This document shows, piece by piece, positions 24,801 through 36,800 of a stretch of DNA of 64,000 bases. The notes below the pieces were generated by a model. That model searched no databases and had not been told where the DNA came from. It worked only from the letters and a program-made list of their open reading frames with translations. The translations under genes were made by a program, and so were the position numbers. Origin of the DNA: Centroscyllium fabricii (Eukaryota); the NCBI GenBank assembly GCA_051313645.2, contig JBNRSN020000009.1:71362001-71426000 (forward strand), given 5' to 3'. How positions within the stretch are numbered: position 1 is the first letter of the stretch; each line of letters starts with the position of its first letter.

Positions 24801-27800
24801 GTAAGTTTTGACAAAAGGGTTTGTGTATTCAGGTTTTACTAGAATAGGTAAGTGACTCAATTAACTAATTTTCTTCATCCCGCTCCTCATCCCATCAAAA
24901 CACAAACTGGACAAGCATTACCTGTTGGCAGAATTTAAGATTCAGGTTTACTCCGTCTAGGCTTCTTGCTGCTTACCACTTATATATAAAAAAATATAAA
25001 TTTGGAATAGCCCTTGCGTTTAAGGGTCACTGTTCTGCGCCAAGTCTACATGATTCTGCCATATTCTCCAGACTGACATTGCAGTATTGTACAGTATTCG
25101 ATCAAGTGCTGTATCCAAATTCTGCCAGTCAAGGGCAAAAAGATGCTCAATTTGGTCAAGACTGTTATTCAAAGGCTACTGCCAAGATTCTGAAGTTAAT
25201 CCTTTTTAAAGAAATTCCTTGTCACATTAGTGAGTCACATGGTCATTATAAATTGTATTTAGATTTTGTTGAATTTTTAGCATTTTTAAATGTGCTAACT
25301 GTCAAATGGACTCCAATGAAATATTTTGCTAAATCTAAAAATTGCATAGATGTTATGTAAATTTACTGAAACAAGATGCTTATTCCTAAGCAAACACTGT
25401 TTTATTTGCCAAATCAAAACATCTTGATGTTTGTGGTCTTGCTTTCTGGAAAGTGGGTTAAGTGTACATTCCCTTTTAAAGAACATTTGGGCATGGATAC
25501 ATAGAAGATAGGAGCAGGCGTAGGCCATTCGGCCCCTCGAGCCTGCTCGGCCATTCGATGAAGTTATGGATGATCATCCAAACTCAGTACCCCGTACCTG
25601 CCTTCTCCCCATATCCCTTGATACCTTTAGCTCTTACAACTATATCTAACTCTTTCTTGAATATATTTAATGGCTTGGCCTCAACTACATTCTGTGGCAG
25701 AGAATTCCACAGGTTCACCACTCTCTGGGTGAAGAAATTCCTCCTCATCGCTGTCCTGACTGGCCTACTCCTTATCCTTAGACTGTGCCCCCTGGTTCTG
25801 AACTCTCTGACCATTGGGAACATGCTTCCTGTGTCTAGTTTGTCCAGACCTGTCAGAATTTTATACGTTTCGATGAGATCCCCTCTCATTCTTAACTCCA
25901 GCGGGTATAAGCTTAATCGACCCAATCTCTCCTCGTACGTTATTGCTGCCATCCCAGGTATCAGACTTGTGAACCTTTGCTGAACTCCTTCCATGGCAAG
26001 AACATCCTTCCTCCGATAAGGTGACCAAAACTGCACACACTACTCAAGGTGCGGTCTCACCAAGGCCCTGTACAACTGCAGGAGGACATCCTTGTTCCTG
26101 TACTCCAACCCCTTTGCTATGAAGGCCAACATACCATTTGCTGCCTTCGCCTGCTGCACCAGCATGCTTACCTTAAACGACTGGTGCACAAGAATGCCCA
26201 GGTCTTGTTGCACTTCCCCGTCTCCCAATCTATTTCCATTCAGATAATAGTTTGCCTTTCTGTTTTGGACACCAAAGTGGATAACCTCGCATTTATCCAC
26301 GTTCTATTTGCCACACTTCTGCCCAATCACCCAACCTGTCCAAATCATCCTGGAGTTTCTTGGTATCCGCCTCGCAGCACACGTGCCCACCCAGCTTTGT
26401 GTCGTCTGCAAACTTGGAGATATTACATCTAGTTCCCTTATCTAGATCATTAATGTGTATTGTGAATAGCTGGGGTCCAAGGACCGGTCCCTGCGGTACC
26501 CCACTAGTCACTGCCTGCCACTCGGAAAAAGACCTGTTAATTCCTACTCTCTGCTTTCTGTCTGCCAACCAGTACCCGTGCAGAAGGGCAGGCGGGAGTC
26601 GGCGAGAAGGAAGGGGGAGGATGGGTCGAGGCCCTCAGGGGACATTCACCCCGGCAACAGGTATACCGCCCTGAATCATGAAGGGGGGGAAGAACTAGCG
26701 GGGAGACCGAGAGGAGGAGAACTCGGAGACCAGACCAGAAGAGGTGGTACAAAAAGGAGGGGGAAGGCTGAAAGCAATAGTGATGGGCGACTCAATGGTG
26801 AGAATGATGGAAAAGAGGTTTTGCGGGAGCAAAAGGGACTCGAGGATGGTCTGTTGCTTCCCAGGTGCCAAGGTCCAAGACATCTCGGACTGTGTTTACA
26901 GCACTCTAAAAGGGGAGAGCAAACAAGTGCAGGTCGTGGTACACATAGGTACGAACGACATAGGGAGGAAAAAAGAGGAAGACATTAAGCGGGAATTTAA
27001 GTAACTCGGAAGGAAACTGAGAGGCAAAACGAATCATGCCACGATTTCTGGGATCCTACCAGTGCCACGGGATAGGGTGAGGAAAAACGAAAAAAGAAAG
27101 CGAATAAACGCGTGGCTACAAGAGTGGTGCGTAAGGGAGGGCATGGGTTTCGTGGACAATTGGGGATCGTTCTGGGGAAGGTGGGATCTGTATGATGAGG
27201 ACGGCTTGCACCTGAACCGAAGGGGCATCGGCATTCTGGGCGGGAAACTCGCTTCGGCCATAAAGGGGGATTTAAACTAATTGGCCAGGGGGATGGGGAA
27301 ACGGGCAGGGAAACAGAGGGGAGACCGGGGAACAACGAGGAAAAGGGGGGAGAACCAAGGACACAGGGAAGGGAAAGGGGTCTGAAATGAGCCTACTTCA
27401 ATGCAAGAAGTATAAGGAACAAGGCAGGGGAGTTAGGGGCATGGATGGCGGCATGGGACTTCGATGTGGTGGCCATTACAGAGACATGGCTGGAGCAGGG
27501 ACAGGATTGGATGCTTGGGGTCCCGGGATACAGAAGCTTCTGGAGGAGCAGGGAGGAAGGAAAGCGCGGGGGGGGGGAAGTAGCACTGCTGGTCAAGGAC
27601 AACGTGACGGCTACAGAAAAAAACTTTGAGGGGGACACACGAACGGAGGTAGTATGGGCGGAGCTTAGGAATAGGAAGGGGGCGGTAACGTTAGTGGGAG
27701 TCTTTTATAGACCACCAAATAGTAACAGGGAGGTGGAGGAGGAAATTGCGTGACAAATAAAGGAAAGATGTGGGGGACAGAGGGTAGTTATAATGGGAGA

Positions 27801-30800
27801 TTTCAATTTCCCTAATATAGACTGGAATCTAGGAAGGTCAAAGAGTGCAGAGGGAGAGAGTTTCTTACAATGCGTACAGGAAGGTTTCCTGGCACAATAC
27901 GTGGAGGAACCAACAAGGGGGGGTGCAACGTTGGACCTGGTTCTGGGAAATGAACCAGGCCAAGTGGTAGAATTGGGGGTAAGGGAGCACTTTGGGGACA
28001 GTGACCACAACTCGGTGACGTTCACAATAGTAATGGAGAAGGATAGGAGCATGAGGCAGGGTAAGGTATACAGCTGGGGGAGGGGAAATTACGACAGGGT
28101 TAGGCACGATTTAGCTAGCACCAATTGGGAACGGGAACTTGCGGGGAGAGGAACGGAAGAAAAATGGAGTGTTCAGGGAGCAAATTATGAAGGCCCTGGA
28201 TAAGCATGTCCCGAGTAGGATGGGAAGAAAGGGTAAGATGAGAGAACCATGGATCACGAAAGAGGTAGAACAATTAGTAAAAAGGAAGAAGGAAGCATAT
28301 GATAAAATGAGAAAACCGAGTACAGAAGGGGCGGGAAGGGAGTACAAAGAAGCAAGGAAAAATCTGAAGAATGGGCTAAGGAAGGCAAAGGGAGGGCATG
28401 AGAAGGCATTAGCGGGAAGGATAAAGTAGAACCCTAAGGCTTTCTATGCTTACGTAAGAAATAAAAGGATGACTAGGGTAAAAGTAGGGCCGATCAAAGA
28501 CAGCAGAGGAAATTGAGGAAGCACTAAATGAATATTTTGCGTCAGTGTTCACAAGGGAGAGGGAACTAAAAGTAGAGGGGGAGTTCAAGAAACAAGGGGA
28601 AAAGATGGGGGAAGTAAATATTCAGAGGGGGGAGGTATTAGATATTTTAGAGAAACGAAAGGTAGACAAATCTCCTGGGCCGGACGGGTTATATCCAAGG
28701 ATTCTCTGGGAGGCGAGGAACGAAATCGCAGAGCCACTGACCTCTATCTTTAGATCATCGCTATCCTCGGGGATAGTCCCTAAGGACTGGAGAGAGGCGA
28801 ATGTGGCTCCCATATTTAAAAAGGGGAGCAGGGACGTGCCAGGGAACTACAGACCAGTCAGTCTCACCTCAGTGGTCGGAAAGGGTCCTGAAGGACAGGA
28901 TCTACGACCATCTAGACAGGGGCGAATTAATCAGAAGCAGTCAGCACGGATTCGTTAAAGGCAAATCGTGCCTGACCAACCTGATAGAATTCTTTGAAGA
29001 GGTGACCAGGAGTGTGGACGAGGGAAAGGCGGTTGATGTCATATATATGGACTTCAGCAAGGCGTTCGACAAGGTCCCGCACGGTCGGCTCATGGGGAAA
29101 GTAAGGAGTTGCGGGGTAAGCAACAAAGTGGTGGGATGGATTGAGAACTGGCTGGCTCAAAGGAAGCAGAGGGTAGTGGTAGAGGGCCAATACTCGGGCT
29201 GGAGACCGGTCACCAGTGGGGTACCACAGGGGTCGGTGTTGGGGCCACTACTGTTTGTAATCTTCATCAATGACTTGGAGGAGGGGACTGAGGGGTGGGT
29301 CAGCAAGTTTGCGGATGACACAAAGATTGGGGGAGAAGTGGAGGAGGAGGAAGGAAGTAGAAAGATTCAGAGGGATATAGACAGGATGCAGAGCTGGGCT
29401 GAAGAATGGCAAATGGAGTTCAACACGGGGAAATGCGAGGTGATGCACTTCGGCAGGGCAAATAGGAAGAGGGAATATAGGGTCAATTGCAGGATCCTGA
29501 GTGAAGCAGAGGAGCAAAGGGATCTGGGAGTATATGTACACAGATCACTGAAGGCTGCCACCCAGGTGGACAAAGCAGTAAAAAAGGCCTATGGTGTATT
29601 GGCCGCCTTCAACAGGGGAATAGAGTTTAAGAACCGGGAGGTCATGCTGCAGCTGTACAGGTCACTGGTGAGGCCACACGTGGAGTACTGTGTGCAGTTC
29701 TGGGCACCGTACTACAGGAGAGATGTGGAGGCGCTGGAGAGGGTGCAGAGGAGATTCACCAGGATGCTGCCGGGAATGGGAGGAAAGTCATACGAGGAGA
29801 GGTTGAGGGAGCTGGGACTCTTCTCCCTGGAACGGAGAAGGAAGAGGGGGGACTTGATAGAGATGTTTAAAATGATGAAGGGGATCGATAGAGTAAACGT
29901 GCAAAGACTGTTTCCCCGGGCAGGAAGAACGTCAACAAGAGGACACGAGCACAAGATTCAAGGAGGAAGATTCAGAAGGGATGGAAGGGGCAAGTTCTTT
30001 ACACAGAGAGTGGTCGGGGAATGGAATAGGCTACCATCTGAAATAGTGGATGCGGACAGTCTGGGTGCTTTTAAAAGGATGATAGACAGGTACATGGAGG
30101 GGAAGGAACAGTAGGGGGGACAGGAAAAATCAGACGGACTAAGGGCGGCACTACATTGAGGGCCCAAGGGCCTGTACAGTGCTCTATGTTCTATGTTCTC
30201 TATCGAAGTCAATACCTTTCCCCCAATCCCATGTGCCTTAACTTTACACGCTAGTCTCTTATGCGGGACCTTATCGAAAGCCTTTTGAAAGTCCAAATAC
30301 ACCACATCTGGTGTTCTCCTATCTATTTTCCCAGTTACATCCTCAAAAAACTCCAGTAGATTAGTCAAGCATGATTTACCTTTAGTAAATCCATGTTGGC
30401 TTTGTCCGATCCTGTCACTGTTTTCCAAGTGCTCAGCTATTACATCCTTTATAATGGACTCTAGCATTTTCCCCACTACCGATGTCCGGCTTACCAGTCT
30501 GTAATTCCCCGCTTTCTCTCAACCACCCTTTTTGAATAATGGGGTAACATTAGCTACCCTCCAATCCATGGGTACAGTTCCAGATTCCAGCAAATGTTGA
30601 AAGATGATCGGTAATGTTGAAAGATGATCGGTAATGCATCTACTATTTCTAGGGCCACTTCCGTACCCTAGGATGTAGATTATCCGGCCCTGGGGATTTA
30701 TCAGCCTTTAATCCCGTCAATTTCCCTGCAAATACTGATTTCTTTCAGTTCCTCCCTTTCCTCAGACCCTATGCTCTCTAACATCTCTGGGAGGTTATTT

Positions 30801-33800
30801 GTGTTCTCCTTCGTGAATACAAAACCAAAATATGCATTTAATTGGTCTGCCATTTCTTTGTTCCCCATTATAACTTCCCCTGCTTCTGACTGCAAGGGAC
30901 CTACATTTGATTTCACTAATCTTTTTCTCTTCACATATCTATAAAAGCTCTTGGTCAGTTTTTATATTCCCTGCAAGCTTACTTTCATATTCTATTTTCC
31001 CCTTAATTAATTCCTTTGTTGAATCCTAAACTGTTCCCAATCCTCAGGGTTACTGCTTTTTCTGGCCAATTTATATGCCCTCTTCTTGGATCATATGTTG
31101 TCCCTAATATCCCTTGTTAGCCATGGTTGAGTCACCCTTTTTGTTTTATTCTTATGCCAAACTGGGATGTACAATTTCTGTAGTTCATCCATGTGGTCTG
31201 TTTGCCATTGCCTATCCACCGTCAACCCTTTGAGTGACATTCCCCAATTGATCCTACCCAATTTGCACCTCATACCACCCTAGTTTCCTTTATTTAAATT
31301 CAGGACCCTAGTCTCAGTCAACTACTTCGCTCTCCATCCGAATGAAGAATTCTATCATATTGTGATTGCTCTGACCCAAGGGGCCTCAAGTGAAATGTGC
31401 TATTCTTTATCAATAAAATAGCAGGTTGCTGAGTTTTTTATTGGATATTGTGAATTGTGCTGCCAGGCAACCATATAAGTAAACTTAGGACTGGAAAACA
31501 AAACATTACCAATCTTTATTGTTAAATGATGTAATTCATGAAGTGATCTTTTAATATTCCCATGTGGACATCTAGAATAAGAGAAATAACCAAGGAAAAT
31601 ATACAGGCAAGGTTGTTTTTCTTCATGGCCATCTGGTAGGAGGGCCTTGAAACAAATAATGACGTTGGTTAGGCCAAACGGATGTATTTTTATAGTCTGA
31701 ACTCTGTTGATCTGTCTCCGACAGAAGGCTTGGAGCAGCCAGTGAAGCAAAGGGACCTTCTGGATGGTGGGGATGCCTTTCCTTATGAGTACTATCCTGT
31801 CACACCTGGGAAACACATTGTTACCATCACATGGGGTGGCCAGAACATTCCCAGGAGGTGAGTGCAGAAAGCCTGTGTTTCGATGGATGGTTTCCAGACT
31901 TCAAAACTGAGACCAATATGTTAAAAGGCGGATAACAAAGCTGCTAGTTTTAGTGGACGATAACAAAATACTGCAGATGCTGGAAATCCGAAATAACAAA
32001 ATGCTGGAAAAACTCCGCCGTTCAGGCAACATCCATAGGAGAGAAGTAGGAGTCAACGTTCCCTCGATAAAGGGAACTACCCGAAACGCTGACTCCTATT
32101 TCTCTCCTATGGATGTTGCCTGAACTGCATTTTTCCAGCATTTTGTTATTTCTGCTAGTTTTATTTCTAGTTCAAAAAGGATCGTGTTGTTTCTTCAGAC
32201 GTAACTCCACCAAGTTGGGATTACATTCGGAGCTGCCATTTTAGTTTGAAATACTGCTCTCTTGTCCAGTGGGGCTAGAGTGCAGCCTGCTACTGGATTA
32301 TTCTTTCCACCCTCCATTTTACAAGTCTCCATTTCTTGATTAGCACGAAACATATTTAAGAGTAAACTTCCAAAAGCTCCATCGGCTTGAAACAAAGCAA
32401 ATTGCCTCTTCACACCCATCCACCCACCCATCGTTTGTAACCTTGTACATATCCTAACAGCTTAAACTAATTGCGTATTCTATCGAACATATTTCACCTG
32501 GATCTTTCCCCTCCCTCAGCCCTAAATTAAACTAAAGCTGCAGCACATTCTTAAATAACTTCTCCCTTGGTGGGTAACAGATGTACTGTTTGCAACAACA
32601 AAAAATGCTGACTGTTCCTGATTCATTCTTAAATGATTGTATCTGACTTTTTTGAAGAGCTGAGTTTTTCCAGTTAGTGTAACTAACAGAAGCAAAGTGT
32701 GAACAGCTGTAGAAATATTAAAACTTCAGCCACTGTTGCTGGTTAAATGTAAAACAATTCCTATGAAACATTGTAGTTTTTCAATTCCCTGCTGTGTTGG
32801 GTGATGTGTCCACAGGAACTACATTTTAAACCTTGGCATTACAAGAATTTTTAATTTTGTGTAGTGTTAAATGTAGCACAAGAAAATGCAAATCTAGACC
32901 CTTTGGCTTGCAGACTTAGTCCAAATGACTAGAATTTTGTAATGGTTACTTCAGCTTCCACAGACTGAAACTTATTCTCTTCCCTTAGTCCCTTTGAAAT
33001 TCAGATTGGACCTGAAGCAGGTCCTCAAAAAATCCGAGCCTGGGGACCAGGCCTTGATGGAGGGCTTGTTGGCAAGTCCGCAGATTTTGTAGTAGAAACC
33101 ATTGGAACAGATGTTGGTGTGTTAGGTAAGGTTTTGTTTTGCAAAATTGTTCGTTTTGCAAAATTGTTCTACACTAAACATTGCAACAACCATTGAGGAT
33201 TTTGGACACAGTAGTGGTGTCCCTGTTGAGCTTCTGGGTCGGTGTGCCAATTAACCCTTTCACTCAAGTCCTGAAAGATTCGACTTGACCCGTGTTGGTG
33301 AAACTGAGACTTGATACATTACAGCATCAGAGCAGTAGTTAAACAAGGCACAATCAAGATTTATATGGCCTGTTGGGCCCTGGGTAGAAGACGCGATCTC
33401 CACAGGCCAACCCTTGTCAGCCCTGGCTTACTCGTCTGCCTGGTGTGAACAACCCCCTGGCTCCCCCCCCTTATCGGACCTGGTGTGAACAACAGACCCC
33501 CCCCCCCGGACCTGGTCTCTAGGCTTGCTTGTTCGCCCAGTGTGACTCGTGGGTCTTCAGCCAACCAGAAACCCTGCTCCCACATCTGGTGGATGTTCTC
33601 CAGCTTCTTGCTGAATACCCCTACAACCCAAGTGTTCGAGAGACCCCTTCTTATACGTCCCAGCAAAGCCCAGCTGATGGGGACCAATCATTGACTTACA
33701 CCTGAGACTTCCCCAGCCCAATTACAGGGATGCCACAAACCTAATTATCCTGCCTGCCTCTGTCTGGTCCTTGTCTCCGGACACCCTGACATCTGTTTTT

Positions 33801-36800
33801 GACCATGACACTCATCTGGGGTAGTTATGGCAACACAAGTGGAACATGTCTCCATAGGTAGAGATATGCTGTCCTTGCTGTTTGCCTATAGTTTTTAATT
33901 CCCTGCAGAATAGTCCACACAGTGGCAGTAACACATGACCTTGCTAGTTGTGTTCCACAGCCAAGCTTTGTTTTTCAGTTTAAAAAAATAAATCAAATCT
34001 AAGTCAAGGGAGGCGCAACGCCTACATTTAAAATCTAACAGCTTCTACCCAGGGCACATAACAACAGGGTTTACAAGTAGATTATAAGTGCAGCAATAAT
34101 GTAATAATCTTTAAAGTACAATTAATAATGGAATCAATTGATTTTAGTTCCGTGGGGTGACTCGAATGAAGATTTTCCCCTCTTGCACTGCTGGGGAGTT
34201 GATGGGTAGGAGGAGTTTTGCATTAACCTGCTCCAGAAACTCTCTTACATGTTGCTTTGTGCCTGATGTTGCATCTTTTACCGCAAACTGTGTTGTAAAT
34301 TGGCTTTACAAGGCACTTCAACATTGTGTTGTTGTGATACAACTTCAAATAAAAAGTGAAAGTGACATTTATTTGGCTTTGGCTTGTTAAAACTGGAATA
34401 TCAAAGTTGAATGAAATGGAAAAATAAAACCTTGCTTCAGTGAGCCAGTTACCAAAATGAAAAGCTCCTCTTATTGCAGGTGGGCTAAATGTGTTTTTCT
34501 TTGCAAATTTTAATGTTTTCTTGTATATTACACAGAAGGTCATAATTAGGAGCAGGAGTAGACCATACAGCCCTTCGAGCCTGCTCTGCCATTCAGCAAG
34601 ATCATGGCTGATTTTCAACCTCAACTCCACTTTACTACCCAATCCCCATATCCCTTGATTTCCCCTAGAGTCCAAAAATGTATATCTCCACCTTGAATAT
34701 ACTCACTGACTCAGCATCCACAGCCCTTTGGGGCAGAGAATTCCAAAGATTCACAACCCTGAGTGAAGAAATTCCTCCTCATCTCAGTCTTAAATGGCCT
34801 ACCCATTATCCTGGGACTATGCTCCCTAGTTCCAGACTGTCCAGCTAGGGGAAACAACCTCTCGGCATCTACCCTGTCCACCCCCCCCCCCTCAGAATCC
34901 TATGTTTCAATGAGATCACCTCTCGCTCTTCTAAATTCTCTTTTTCCTTGGATAATCCAAAATATGCAACAAGTAACACTGGTTCATGAGATTTTGTTTT
35001 ACTGAGTATCCATTCTGCAAAGGTTGAAAGATTAATGTAAATGTCTGTCTTAGGTTTTGCAGTAGAGGGCCCCTCTCAAGCCAAGATTGAATGTGATGAC
35101 CAGAGTGATGGCTCCTGTAATGTACGCTACTGGCCTACGGAACCTGGGGAATATGCAGTACATGTTTTGTGTGATGATGAGGACATCGTGGATAGTCCTT
35201 TTATGGCCACCATCCAGCCTGCATCAAGTTCCTTTCATCCTGATAAGGCAAGAGTAATGAATACTAAATGCATCATGAATTTCAAAATATTTCTGATCTG
35301 TTTGCGTTCACAAATATTTAATGAGGTTCTTGAGTGACCTTGTTTCCTGACACCCCCCACCCCCCCAATACCTTGCCTACCCCTTGAATGATGTGCCCAA
35401 ACAGGAAAGGACAGATATCCTGTGTCCAGACCACTGGTCAATAATGTGAGCATTCTTGGATGGCCTCGGTAGCTAGTCTGGGTCACAGCCTGACTACTGT
35501 CTGATGAATGGAGAATTGTGATGACTGGAGTGTTGGGATGGGGTGGGGGTGGGGGGGGGGGGGGGGGGGGTGGTTGGTGCTGCAGGAGGGTAGGACATGG
35601 AAGTTGTGCCCCACCACTCTCTGATGCACCCTCTGGAATCCACTTATGCCAGAAGGAGGAGATACTGAGAGCTTCTTTTGTTGTAAATCTAGATTTTAGA
35701 TGCCAGAGATAAATACATTGTTAAACACATACCATAACCAAGTACCATTCTTAGTTATAACAGTGGGATGTTTTCTTTCTAAGTTGATAAACCAAGGTGT
35801 TTGTAAGATTCCAAAGACTGAACCAATATGTGTAGCAGATATATTTTATAAATGGATTTAAAAGAACACCAAGCAGTCAGAGTTATCGAGCTGATTCACT
35901 AACAAAACACAATTCTTGCACTCCAGAATGGCCTGGTACTTCAAGTTAGTGATTTTAATACAACAGACATGATATTTCCTGCTTCCACTGGGAGGAACGT
36001 TGACTTCAGAACTCTGTTTTCTCTACCTTTACATGGAACTTCTTGTACTGTTTTATATCTTGTCTTTTTTTAGTCTAGCTATTGTGGAAGATTGATGACT
36101 TGCTAGATCTCATCAAAGACTTCCTCCTCATGTTTGCAGCCTGTTTATCTGGCTCTTGTGGGAGATCCAATATGTAAAATATTTAAATCGGCATGTATCT
36201 ATCTTATAATGTTTAAGGTGCATACTGCCCTACACCAAGATCAAAAAGTTAGAAAGTCAAGTCACTGAAGTAGTTGGGTGTTTACAAGCTTAGATCACAG
36301 GAAACCATAAGACTTGAGTTGACATTTCTTGCATAAGTTAATTAATTCTGAAAAAGATTTCATTACATTATGTGGCTATTTTGAACAGCTGTGAGCCTAC
36401 AAAGTTGTGAATGATGAGTGTCATTTTTGTTACAAGGTGGGTTTTTTTCTCCTCCCCAGATTAAAGCCTATGGTCCTGGCTTGGAGAAAACTGGCTGCAT
36501 TGTTCATCAACCAGCTGAATTCACAGTTGATGCTAAGGATGCTGGGAAGGCACCACTGAAAATATATGCACAAGTAAGAACCACCAATTCTGCATGTTTC
36601 ACTATTTTGAAGATATTGCAATTGGCTCCACCACCCAACTATCCTTCTAGAAGTAGTCTAATGCATGAACGCCACAATAATACAAATGCAGGTTAGAAAA
36701 ATGCTGGCCATTGAGAATTGGCAGGGGGCAGTAGTGAGAAGTTATTGCAATAATCAGTGTTGCGAATAACCCTTGGGTTATAGCACTGTGTTGGCACCAG

